In this document: positions 29,220-41,687 of the stretch, in pieces
How positions within the stretch are numbered: the first letter of the stretch is position 1
Layout: each line of letters starts with the position of its first letter
Assembly: GCA_964016885.1 (NCBI GenBank)
Contig: OZ024742.1
Coordinates: 331,142,001 to 331,206,000 of the forward strand
Direction: 5' to 3'
Length of the DNA: 64,000 bases
DNA from: Eledone cirrhosa
Lineage: Eukaryota
Notes under the pieces: generated by a model
The model's input: the letters and a program-made list of their open reading frames with translations, nothing else
Database searches by the model: none
What the model was told of the DNA's origin: nothing
Program-made: the position numbers and the translations under genes

Positions 29220-31307
29220 TTACCGTACTTTTCGTAGAGGAGGGATGGTCTTTCCATCCCTTTTCACTTGATCGTCTGGTGAAGGGACCGTTGAATCGTC
29301 CCTTCGGCTGGTCGTCGGCTCTTCTATGAGTATGTCCGAATATACTCTTCGGGTGATAGTTCCTCCTAGGTCCCTGAAATCACCAACTGCGTTGGGGAAT
29401 TTCGTTTTGATGTTTCTGTATTGTTTCTGTGCTATTTTTAGCAGTCTTATGTTAGTTGGCGTTTTGATTGGTGCTGGTATTATGTAGGCGTGTTGTGAAA
29501 TGTCTGTGTGTTCAATTATGTAAGTCATTAGTTTCTTTTTGTTTGTAGTTATTGCTGGGGGTGGGGTGTGTTTCTGATATTTTTCTTGTCGTTCTTGCTG
29601 GGTGTGTGTGTTTTGTTGTTGCGTTTGCGATGTTCGTGCTTGTGGTGGTGGCGTTGAAGGTGTTGTTGGCGGTGGGGTTGTCGCTGGTGGTGATGGTGGT
29701 GCTAGTGTGGGTGGTGATGGTGTTGGTGGTGTTGCTGTGAGTCTCTTTGCAGTAGACTTTACCCTTTTTTCATTTCTTTCCTCCCTTTTTCAAAGGCGAC
29801 GATGCGCTGCTTCTGCGTTTGTGCCTTCTTACGACCTTTTCCATCCCTCTCCCACCTCACTCGATGTCTGATTCTGTGAGGTCGGGGAGGGGTACCAGCT
29901 CCACTCTTTCACTTGTTGTTGTTGGTGATGTTTGCACTGGAGTCTCTGTTGCAGCTGGATTTGGTATTGCTGTTGTTGTTGTTAATACTTCCACTGCTGC
30001 TGCTGTTTTTATTTCCGTGGCGTGGGTATGGGTGCCACGGACCTATTGTTCCTGGTTGCCGCTTGTCCTGTTGCTTGTAGCCGTGGAGCCGGTTTTGGAA
30101 GGTGGGGGGTTTTCTCCTTTCTCAGAGTCTTCTCGTTGCAGAAGGCCCTGAGGTAAGTCTTCGATCCACAGCGAAAGCATTTCGGGCGTTTGCCCTCAAC
30201 ACTTATGGGCAGTTGAGTGCCGTTATCGAAGTCTATCACATCCGGGATAGCTTCGATGCACTCCTGGTTGGTTAGGATTAACATCGCAATGGAGGTGCCG
30301 ATACAATCTTCTCTTACTTTTTTCTGTACTTGCAGTACAGTTGTTTTGTCCTCGATTCCGACCAGGACAGACGCGGCCAGTCAAGAAGGGGCCATCCGGG
30401 GGGGGGGACGTGGGTCAGTTTGACCCTCACAATTATTTGCCCGCAGTAGCAGGGCACCAACACCATTTCCTCGCTCCTTAGGGTCACTACGGATTGAGCC
30501 TTTGCCTCCTGGGGTGTGGAAAAAAGTACGTCTACGGTGGCATATTTCTTGCCTCGGGTGATGTGCGTTTTCCGCTGCCACACAAACCCCAAGGCTTTTT
30601 GTATTTGAGCCTCTGTGGCTCTTTCAACCCTACGGGATTGTGTACTTACTGTACGGTACGCGACCGTACAATGCTGTTGGGTTTCGAAACATTTTTCCGC
30701 TGCCTTGCAGATTGCTCGGTGTCCAGTCTTTGTCACCATCTTCTTCGCTTCCTCTAATTCCTCATTTGTTATGAGGATTGTTTCCAGGTTCTTTGCGATA
30801 CCTGCAAATGAGATTGGTTTTTCTTTGCTGCTGTTTGTTGTTGTTGCTGTCGTCAGAGCTTTTGTTACTTGTGTTGTTGCTGCAGGTACTACGACTACTG
30901 CCGCCGATGCTGTTGCTGTGGTTGTTGTTGTAGTTGCTGCTGCTAATGCTGTTGTTGTTTATGCTGCTGCTGATGCTGTTGCGGCTGCTACTGTTGTTTT
31001 CACTGTCACTGTTGCTGTTGTTATTACGGCTGCTACTGCTATTATTCCTGACGTCAGACGAATGAAATGGGTTTTCGTATTTCCTGCACACCCGTTTCGT
31101 CGTTGTCGTCGTCGTCGTGGAGAAATCTTGCACGCTTTGCACGAGACTTTTCTTTTCTGTCGTCGCTTGCGAAATAGAAGGGAGGGAGAGAGACACATTT
31201 AAAGAAGGGAGGGAGAGAGACAATCTTCTCTCTGCTGTAGTGACGATTGAGGAAGAAGAAGACGGAATGAGTAGGAGTGACATATGAATATTCTTTTTCG
31301 TAGCCAT
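29220..31307 (-). pseudogene. ORF1 of copy C (frameshifted)
   Basis: CTVAYRTVSTQSRRVERATEAQIQKALG..RKTHITRGKKYATVDV aligns with copy A ORF1. Knuckle-like RPKCFRCGSKTYLRAFC. Confidence 0.85.
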
Positions 31308-31523
31308 GTTGTTTTTTTTGTTTAAAATAAATATTGGGCACAAAACCCCAATAAGCAGTTATTTAACCCCGAAGGGCCAAATAACGGGCAGAAAGACCCC
31401 TCGCACGAGGAGGGCCGTGTTTTTGTCTACAAGTTGGTTAAAGTTTTAAACAATTTACAATTATTATAGCGTTCAACATTTACAATACCTTACAGAGCCG
31501 AGCCTCCGTCAACCATAGCATTC

Positions 31524-31552
<29 letters not shown>
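31524..31552. repeat. (AAT)n tract at the 5' end of copy C
   Basis: Directly visible. Confidence 0.95.
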
Positions 31553-31555
<3 letters not shown>

Positions 31556-31964
31556 TACTACGCAACAAGTCGAAAAAAAATAAGACACAAAAAACAAATT
31601 TCAAAAGTTTTGAACGCAACAACCCCTACTTTACACGTAGCTAAAATAAAAAAACAGCAGCAGCAGCAACAACAGCACTAGTGACCAATGTTACAGGTCT
31701 TGAAAAACGAAAAACGTAATGGAAAAAAATAAAGTCAGACATTCAAACATTACAATGAAACTTATGTATATTTTTTTAAAGCTTTTATCTATTTATTTAT
31801 ATATATATATATATATTTTCGTCTACAGCGTAATGATGCAACGCTATAATCACGGGGGTGATGAAATCACTGGAGGTGATGAAAACACCGGTGGTTATGT
31901 AACCATACATTCACCATCCTCGATATGAGTGTTTAAATGTCGAACCTAAACAGTTCGAATAACG

Positions 31965-34900
31965 ATGAAGAGGAGACGGGAACGCCATGTGATAGACTCT
32001 CACCCAGCAAGTGCCTCCTGGCCCAGCAGAGAGGGACTTGGCTGTCATCTAAATACTGCTAGTGTTGGAAGAAGAAGAAGAAGAAGAAGAAGAAGAAGAA
32101 GAAGAAGAAGAAGAAGAAGAAGAAGAAGAAGAAGAAGAAGAAGAAGAAGAAGAAGAAGAAGAAGAAGAAGAAGAAGAAGAAGAAGAAGAAGAAGAAGAAG
32201 AAGAAGAAGGAAAGGGACCAGAACCAACTGGACGAAAGAATTGAATAGAACTGTCATGCAATGTTACCTGATGAGTAACCCCAAAGAAAAGGCTATAGGA
32301 AACGGATGCATAACATCTGGAACGAGATTGGACTATTTAAATTAGATGAACAAAAATTGGCAGGGCAGGCTCGGGTAATAGGAACTAATGGATGGATAAG
32401 CGAGTTGGGACTGGAGGAACTGAGCAGAGAGATTAGGTTAGAAATGGAGAGTGGAGTCCGCCAGACAAACGAGCCAGTGAGAAAAGAAGGTGAAGAGGTT
32501 GAGAGAACGGAGGAAACATCCGAAGCAGACAATGATCTGAATGCTGAAATAAATAAAATCTGGAACAAAGATACGGCCATTGAGGAAATGAATGCTGACG
32601 GTCTAGGAGAAGATTTGGTTGATATCCTAAACTTAGTGGTACATGAAATGAACAATGATAGTGGGAAACCTATGAACCCAAGATTTGTAGACAGGAAAAG
32701 GTTAAAAAAACAACAGCTAAGGTAAGCAAAGTCATCCCATACCTTGAGGCGAGGAACATTCACCAATGCAACAATATCCTCAAAGCAAAAGCATAAAAAC
32801 GAGAGGATCAGAAAAACAAGAAAGATCAAAATCTTGGTGCAAGAAACGACTGAATGGTCAAATCAAGGAAATGAGAAAATACATTGGAAAGCTTGAGTCC
32901 CTACTGAATGGGACACTAAAAAACATATACACTAAAAATAGACTGGAAATAAAGTACAAAACAAGGAGGAAAAAGTTAAATATCATCATAGAGGAACTGT
33001 AGCAAAGCATTGTAGCAAAGTGTGCAAATATTAGACGGTATGAGAGCAGAGTCAGTCAGTATAGACGGAACCGCTTGTTGGATAACAACTAGAAGGTGTT
33101 GTTTGGACAGCCTGAAGGGAAAGACAGAGGCAACGACTTGATCCCTGAGGCGGAACAGACTAAGACATTCTGTAGAGGGATATGGGAGCAGGATGTTGAA
33201 CATAATGATCAGGCATTGTGGATTGAGACAGTACAACAGGAGATTAGTGAACAGGCACACCAACAATCTGATTTGAGTATCACAGTTGAAACGCTTAAAG
33301 GGCAGGCTGAAAGAAGTCCCGTGGTACAAAAGACCAGTTACTTATTGATAAGATGTTAATGAGGAATTGCAAGAGGAGACACACTGATCTTGCCATGGGA
33401 TGGATAGATTACAAAAAGGCATTCGACATGGTTCCTCATTCTTGGATAACCAAAAGCCTAGAGATCTTCAAGGTGGCAGATAACATCAGACAGTTGTTGA
33501 GCAAAAGTATGAAGTCCTGGGAAACAGAGTTAACATCGGGTGGAGAATCTCTGGGAGGCGTGCAGATCAAGAGAGGTATATTCCATGGAGATAGTTAGTC
33601 CCCTCTGTTGTTTGTCCTTGCCCCGATGCCCCTGACCATTATACTTGGAAAAGTGAGAGCAGGATACAAGTTGGGTAAAGGAGAGCTTACCATCAATCAC
33701 CTCCTCTTCATGGACGATCTTAAACTCTTTGGGAAGAGTGAGAAGGAGTTGGAAGTACTTGTTGACACTCTCCTATTTTCAGCAATGATATATGTATGCA
33801 ATTTGGTATTAATAAGTGTGGAGTCCTAGTGATGAAGAGGGGTAAATTGAGCAGAAGCAACGGAATCCAGGTACTAACATGTGAGATGATAAAGGAAATT
33901 GACACTGAAGAAGAATACAAATATGTAGGTGTCCTGGAGGTAGATGACATCAAAAACAAAACAAAATGAAGGAATTGATAAGATCTGAGTATATTAGGAG
34001 AGTAAGGTGCGTATTAAAATCACATCTAAATAGTAGGAATGTCATAAATACAGTGAAATCCCGAGCTGTGTCTATTATTAGGTACAGTGCGGGAATTCTG
34101 AAATGGTATGTTGCTGAACCAAAGAAATGGATAGGAAGACTAGTAAGCTATTGACTATCTACAACATGTTCCACAAGACGAGTGATGTCGATAGACTCTA
34201 CTTAAAGAGATCTGAAGGTGGAAGAGGTCTTATCAACATAGAGGACTGTGTTCAGGGGGAGAAAAACAGTAGGGAGTTAATGCTCAGAATTGTACTGAAG
34301 GAGAGGACAATAGACAGGAGATGGAGGAAATAACAGCAAGGTGGAAGAGCAACCTTCATGAAAAATCCCTTCATACAACCTTTTTTTGAAATTGAACTTA
34401 GAAATCCACAGACATGGAACTAGTTAAAAAGAAGAGACCTTAAAAAGGCTACAGAAGGAATTCTAATGGCTACGCAAGAGCAGGCCCTCAAAACGAAGTG
34501 GGTGAAACACCAACTTTACAAGGAGGAGGCTAGCCCACTGTGTAGGATATGTGGAAATTCGAGACTGTGGCTCTCACTGTATCCGTGTGTAAACACCTAG
34601 CCCATACGCACTGTAAAGGCTGGAGACCTGAAGTGATGGGCAGGGTGATCCACTGGCACCTATGCAAAGTAAACAATTTACCACATTCTGAGAAGTGGTA
34701 TGATTATAAGCCAGAGTCGGAGATAGAAAAGGATCAGGTGAAGGTTCTATGGAAATTTAGGATACAGGTGGACAAGAATCTGGAACAAAATAGGCCTGAG
34801 CTGGTGGTTTTGGACAAGGAAAAAAGATAATGCCTGATTGGAGATGTAGCCTGTCCATTTGACACGAGAGTGCAAGAGAAGGAGAGGGAGAAAATTCACC

Positions 34901-35055
34901 GATACCAGGACTTAAAGTGGAGGTAATAATGATTTGGAACTGACATGAAGTCAGAGTCGTCCCGATTGTCATAGGCGACCTAGGTACTATCTCAAAGAGT
35001 TGCCAAGGATGGTTAAATAAAATTAGTACAGCCCCGCTTTTTGGAACACTTCAAG
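31965..35055 (+). mobile_element. Second R4/Dong-like RLE LINE, near full-length ORF but decayed, with an internal RT deletion near 33310 and no 3' end
   Basis: N-terminal WTKELNRTVMQCY..RKRMHNIW, then [81 protein letters not shown]. Confidence 0.9.
32068..32209 (+). repeat. Pure (GAA)~47 tract inside the RLE element ORF
   Basis: Directly visible. Confidence 0.97.
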
Positions 35056-35116
35056 AGTGTTCCAAAAAGCGGGGCTGTCCTAATTTTATTTAACCATCCT
35101 TGGAAACTCTTTGAGA
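34990..35116. repeat. Fold-back palindrome, ~61-bp arms, 5-bp spacer
   Basis: tctcaaagagttgcc...ttggaacact tcaag agtgttccaa...ggaaactctttgaga. Confidence 0.95.
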
Positions 35117-35129
35117 AAATACTGTAGAA

Positions 35130-36600
35130 ATACATAAGGTTTATACATACGCGCGTTCGTATGTGTATGGAGGTGGGGTGGGGTGCTGTATATATTTAAC
35201 CATTTTTTTAGGTCTTACTACGGGACTTTACTGCTTTATTTGTATGAAATTGTAAATAAGACAAAAGTATTAGAACAGGGGGAAATAACTCACCGAACGC
35301 GAGAGTTTTGGGGCCCCATGGACCACACCTTTCAAATTAGAGATTTGAAAGCGCGTCTATTTGCTTCCTTGGCACTTTTGACATGGGTGTGTCAATTTCC
35401 ATGTCAGTCCGACAACGTCTACTACCATTTAACCGTGCACATCTGAATTTCAACCACCACCCATTTCACAAATATATATTAGATAAAATACAGAGGTAAT
35501 TGAAATTAAATATATACATACACACATCCATATACGTAAATACATAAGCATACCCACATAAATACGTATACAACGCGCGCACACACCCACCCACATGTAA
35601 AGACATATGTTCGCCGACCACGTCAACCAAAACACAAAGTAAACATATACACACACCCTACATTCGTACGAAGCCGCATACTCACACAGACCCAAAACTC
35701 CCGTAATCACATAACCAAATGCACATGTTCCAGTATATATAATAAATACGCCAATAACATATACAAGCAAATATACGTACGAGAAAATATACGTACCTTC
35801 ACAAAACATACAGGTAATATATACTTACCTATACGACTAAGTAATGCTATTAACATAACATATACTTAGCTACCACATCAAGACGTAACATTTCCGCGTA
35901 TAGTTCGTACTATCCGTTAGGGTATAATGTGGGGCAGTAATACAGGACAGTTTTGTGCAATTCATGTTTTCAAGCCGAAATTGCCTCTGTTCAAGATGTG
36001 GATCTCCCAGTGTAACTTATTTTCGGTGTGGTTGTCTTTTAGACTCCAGATATAATCTGAAAGTGAAGTCATATTCCTTAAAGGATTAAGAAAAGAATGG
36101 GTATGCATGTAAAGACGCTGCTTGAAATTATTGGCGGTTAACCCTATGTAGGCCCTACGCGACGTGGGTGTTTCAACCTTACATTTCTAGACAATGCTAC
36201 TAGAGAGGCATTTCCCGGATAGGGGCAGTCAACCCGATTCCTACAGTTACAGTTAGTACTAGCTAGAGGGTTGCACGTGTCCCTACGGCTAGATAATTTA
36301 GCTAAATGTGAAGCTGTGATGTTATTTGCAAGGTTAAAAGTCGTAGAGTAAGACATTTTAATGGTATTTCTATTAAAAATGTTACTTTATTTGCTGGGGG
36401 AAAATGCTTCATAATAAGGGAGAGAAAGATCTTAGCTAAAGTTGTGGCAACCTCCATATTATATGGTGGGTTATACCATATAATGCGTCGGGATCTATTT
36501 TTCCTAGGTCTATTCTCGTACTCTGTATAAGCTGCCTTATCGAAAAATCCACTCGGAGCAAGAGTCATATTGTAATATGTGGAATGGTCGTTGAAAATAT
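35130..36600 (-). mobile_element. Penelope-like element fragment (linker, GIY-YIG and 3' UTR), decayed
   Basis: RSRRIIWYNPPYN..KHFPP, SYSTTFNLANNI, NCNCRNRVDCP; homologous to the C-terminal half of the 56832 ORF. Confidence 0.85.
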
Positions 36601-36604
36601 GCTC

Positions 36605-38135
36605 GGTATGTGATTACGGGAGCTTTGCGTTTGTGTGAGTATGCGGGTTTGTACGTATGTAGGGTGTGTGTATATGTGTACTTTGTGTTTTGGTTGACGT
36701 TGTCCGCGAACATATGTGTCTTCTCATGTGGGTGGGTGTGTGCGCGCGTCGTATACGTATTTATGTGTGTTTCTTTATATACGTTTATTTAATTATGTAT
36801 ACACGCACTCATACACAAACACACACACACACACATGTATATACATATATGTTTTCATTTATTTTGTTATGTGTATTTGGTGTATACGTTCGTATGTGTG
36901 CGGTGCAGGCGTTGCGTGGGTTCTGTATGTGTACGTGCTTGTATTTCCATACACATGCGAGTGGTTTCCGTATGTTTATACCATTACGTATTTCTATAGG
37001 TAAGTATATATTGCCTGTACGTTTTATGAAGGTACGTATACTTCCCCGTACGTTTATTTGATTGTATGTGTTATGGTGTATATATTTTATATTCTGGTAC
37101 ATATGCTTTAGGTTATGTGTATACGTGAGTTTTGCGTCTTTGTGAGTATGCGAGTTCGTACGTATGTAGGGTGTGTGTATATGTGTACTTCGTGTTTTTG
37201 TTGACGTACGTCTCCGAACATATGTGTATTTACATGTAGGTATGTGCGTGCGCTTGTTATATACGTATTTATTTATTTATATACGTTTATTTAATTATAA
37301 GTATACACGCACACACACACATATATATATATATTAATATATATTTTTTTTATATATATTGTTGTGTGTATTTGGTGTATACATTCGTATGCGTGCGGCT
37401 ACAGGCGGGGAGTGGGTTTTGTACGTGCGTGTGGTTTTCTTTTTATTTTCGTGTACGTGCGTGTATTTGTATACCTATGGCGAGTGTTTTCGCGTATGCT
37501 TGTGTATGTACGTGTTTGGATGTGTGTATGTATATATTTAATTTCAATTACCACTGTATTTTATTTACTTTATTCCTAACTCTGAAGCCGAGAATCATTC
37601 GGTTTCGTAAATAGAATTTTAGTCTACGACTTTAGTTATACCATTTTCGTGCTTTTGTCTTTGCGTGTAACTGTTTTCATTGCCCCAGATAATAACGTAT
37701 TATGTTCGTTTTTTTTCGTTCATATCCTGAGAACGTCTCCATGAATCGCCTAATAGAATATTAGTCTACGACTTCATTTATACCACATACGTTGTTTTGT
37801 CTTCGCGTGTAATTGTTTTCACTACTACACATAATGACGTATTATCTTTGTTTTTTTTCCCTCTTCTTTGCCAGGGAACGTTTCCACCTACCAAAGTAAC
37901 GTCTTCCTGTCTTACTTCGGTTGCAACATTTTTGGAAATATTTACTTTTGCGTTCACAGATTGACTTTTTTATTTTAGTTTCCGAAGATCCCGTTAAGGG
38001 TGAAAACAGCGATTCTTTGCTTAGACTTTAATCTGTTATTTTAATAAATATTTGTTCTACGGTTCTTATATATCTGATACATATTTATCCTAATCGAACC
38101 CTCTTTGGATTTTAGTCTTCAAATGTATTATTATT
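36605..38135 (+). mobile_element. Inverted copy of the same Penelope-like 3' UTR with internal tandem duplications
   Basis: 36610-36775 and ~37115-37275 are reverse complements of ~35555-35712. A ~140-bp direct duplication lies at ~37610 and ~37752. Confidence 0.75.
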
Positions 38136-38139
38136 ACTA

Positions 38140-38321
<182 letters not shown>

Positions 38322-38389
38322 TTATAATTTTCCTGGCTGCGATATGTAGCATATAAATATATCAGTCTATTTGGCAGCGATATCTATGT

Positions 38390-40270
38390 ATATGGGTAAA
38401 ATTAACGAAAATATAATTTACGTAACCTTCTATTCTAATCATCCTAGAATTATTAAAAACACTATTGTCAATAGCGTCCAACAACGGATTTCACGCATCT
38501 CTGCTAATAAAAATAGTTTTGATAAGACAGAAGATTACAATGAAGCTTTACATAGAGAAGGATACTCGAATAACATTAAATATATAGATAACAATAACAA
38601 GACAAATCATCCTCGAATTAATTATAATAATAATAAACAATTTAACTTAAACAGTAAACCAAACAAAAAACCTAGAACTAGAAATATTATTTAGTACTCT
38701 CACCCATTCTCGTTAAGCGTTAAAACAACTTTGCAAAGCTATTCTTTAAAGCACTAGATAAATGTTTTCATAAAAGCCACAGATACCACTCTATTTTTAA
38801 CAGACTCTATAAATCTATCCTACTCTACTACTATGAACATAGCACAAAATATAAATAGAATTAATAATAGAAACTTAAATGTAAACCCTATCCAAACGAA
38901 CCAAAATAGCAATAATAATATCCCTAACAATAATATTCAGATTAATAGTACCGTCCCGAACAACAACAACTCCAGAAAATGTAACTGTAGAATCAAATCA
39001 AACTGCATGTTAAAAAATAATTGTTTAGACAAAAACGTAATTTATAAATGAACAGTAAAATCCTTTTGAGACAAATTATTTAACTATATTGGTGCCACTT
39101 CAACCAAATTCAAAAAACGCTGGATTAACCATAAAAACACATTTAAGAGATCCGACTAGAAATCTACTTCACTTTCACATTTAATTTGGAACTTAAAAGA
39201 CAACAATATAGACTATTCAATATCTTGGAAAACGATTTCGAAAGCACCTACATACCGAAATATGGCTTTCTCAAGATACTGTAACTTGTGTGTCGAAGAC
39301 ATTTTATATATAATTAACTGTCAAAAATCTATTAATGTTAAAACAGAATTATTTTCTTCTTGCAGACATCGCCAAAATTCCACGTTCAGAAGTATTTTTA
39401 ATTGATATTACTATACACCTTCAAAATTTAAATGTAATTTTTTTTTTTTTTAATATTTTTTTTTATATTTCTGATACTTTTTAAATATTTCTAATATTTT
39501 TACCTTATATATTTTTTAATATATATATTTTTTTAAATATATATCTTTAATTCTGACATTATTTTCCTAATGATACCCCTCTAAATATATTTTTTTTAGA
39601 TGTAGATTGATAATCTTTAATTGACATTCCTCTTTACGATATATTTTCTCTGTAAATCATTCATCAAATTTAACGGTTAACAAACGAGATTGGAGTTATG
39701 TTTCCCTTTTCAATGGTGCAAACATAAACATAATATAATATGTAAGATAAATTATATAACTTGGCTAAATTAACCATATTCTGAAAACATTTTCAATATT
39801 GGAACACAATATTCGAATCTACAAATTGTTCTCTTCTCACAACTTGAATCATTTATTTTTTTATGTAAAATATAAAACTAATAATTGTAAATTATTTCTA
39901 TTTCGGTAATAATTATATATGCACAATTATTAATCTATATAGATATTTATATACATATAACCTATTGTAATGTAATAAGATAAAAAATAGCTACAACCAT
40001 AATTCCTTCTATAATCTAATTGATTATATATACAATATTATAACTCATAATATAGCTAAATAAATTTAAATTCTGGAATCCTATATCACCATTCCCCTAA
40101 ATTGACGTAAATAGAAGATCTTCCTGTTTTCTTCTTTCCTACGCATACATACACATATTCCAATCATTTAAATTCTCCAAAGCGTCGAAAATAACGTTTT
40201 TTTCAGACCTATACCCCAACCACATTTGCATACTCATCATAATAATTTGAAATATCTGACTTTTCTTCTC
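38390..40270 (+). mobile_element. Penelope-like (Naiad-like) 5'-truncated decayed copy: RT thumb, GIY-YIG and 3' UTR
   Basis: YSNHPRIIKNTIVNSVQQRISRIS, RTRNII, KCNCRIKSNCMLKNNCLDKNVIYK, NYIGATST, YCNLC. The 3' UTR matches the 52556 copy up to ctgacttttcttctc. Confidence 0.88.
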
Positions 40271-40620
40271 TTGGAAACATTCGGACTCAAAAGACCCAAA
40301 ACAAAGCATGTTCACTGGAAAGCTTATATGCATCCGATTCTTCAAAAGCAAAAGCAAATACATCATACACATTCACTGGATTCCCCATGACTCGACAGTC
40401 GACAAAAACTACTATTTGAGGTTTTGAAACAATTCTGAAAGGCATTTCGTCCCCACAGACAGATCTCTTCAAGTTTGTCAGTGGCACCGGCTACACAAAT
40501 ACACAAATTCCATCCTGCTACACAAACACTTGCCCGATATGGGACTGTTCAGCATTCTCCCTGCAGTTCAAACGCAGCCCCATGAGACTTCTGGATGTTT
40601 CCAAAGCTATGTTATAGTGG
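40271..40620 (+). mobile_element. Mariner-type transposase remnant, C-terminal half
   Basis: WKHSDSKDPK..GKLICIRFF..IHIHWIPHDSTVDKNYY and HSPCSSNAAP*DFWMFPKL (mariner HPPYSPDLAPxDFxLF motif). Confidence 0.8.
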
Positions 40621-40877
40621 GCTGTACAACAATATAAACAAACGTGCATGCAAAGTATTCAAAGCAGGTAGATTAATATGTACCCGGATTCATATTCAAT
40701 GATATTAAATAATTGGAAACTATATTTATAAAACCATATTTATTCTATTATATATATTTCAAGAGTACCAACATTCTGGTACGCTTTCATCAGATAAAAT
40801 ACAAAGTTTGTTTTATAAATGTTGACATAACCAAGAAAAATACATTAACGGTTCAAGTTTTCCTAGCGAAGGCACTA

Positions 40878-41290
40878 TCGGACGCACATAAGCTTTCCAG
40901 TGAACGGGCTTTGTCTTGGGTCTTTGAGAGTCAGAATGTTTCCAATGGGCACTCTGTCTCTTCGTCTCTGAAGTATTATCGTAGACCCATCTCTCGTCAC
41001 AGGTTACCAGAGACTCAAAGACACTTGGATTCGAAGCGAATCATTCGACTTGAAATTTGCAAATTTTGTCCACCAGCATTGGTGTCCTGCCCTGATATCC
41101 CTCTCTGTGCCACACCTCTCGTTGTCTTTCACCTGCTCTCTGCCCACGTGACCTGCTTGTGTCAACTGAAATGCGTCGCCCTGGTCTCGAATGTTAGTTA
41201 GTCTGTAAGCAGTTTTGAACATTTCATAACTCTTTGCAAGTTGTTTGCCGACAGTGAAATAAATCTGTATTACATATCGACAAACCAATT
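40878..41290 (-). mobile_element. Mariner-type transposase remnant, N-terminal half
   Basis: RYVIQIYFTVGKQLAKSYEMFKTAY..GREQVKDNERCG (HTH region) and LVTCDERWVYDNTSETKRQSAHWKH (first catalytic D motif). Confidence 0.82.
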
Positions 41291-41687
41291 TGTCCTCATA
41301 TCCCCACTACATTGGGGATCTAGTTAGCCGTGGCAAAACGTGTATGGCGACTAGGTTTTAAAGTAATGTAGTGGCCCGAAACTTGACAGCTAATTGTAAA
41401 CTTATCATTTGATACGATCTCCATCTCCAACTTTGTAGCTTCTCCCACAATCACGGGCACTTGAAATCGTAGTAACGAGGAGAAGAAAATATGAACAATT
41501 ACTTTTTATCGTGCTGGTCGCTGTCGAGATTCAGCTGAACTTGGTCAACGAAATGTCATTTTCCACCGCAAAATTTCTTTGAATAATTATTCTCACCACA
41601 ATATAAATTCCTAACTACTCAGTGATTAGTAATCACTTACCCATGCTGTAGGTGCTTATGGGTGGATGTGAGAGAGTACTATATATT

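Larger units (their letters stand above)
25524..31523 (-). mobile_element. Tx1-clade copy C, apparently full length (~6.0 kb), with a divergent ORF1 and 5' UTR
   Basis: ORF2 and 3' UTR are close to A and B. ORF1 is homologous only at protein level. (AAT)n lies on both sides. Confidence 0.95.

Noticed and set aside
12465-31202. Many plus-strand ORFs repeated in Tx1 copies A, B and C
   Set aside because: Antisense shadows of GC-rich ORF1/ORF2. They recur only because the element is repeated.
39049-39051. TGA at a conserved Cys position (IYK*TVK), recalling selenocysteine-encoding Naiad elements
   Set aside because: The sibling copy has TGC and the intact ORF has Cys. This copy has many other stops, and I could not identify a SECIS.
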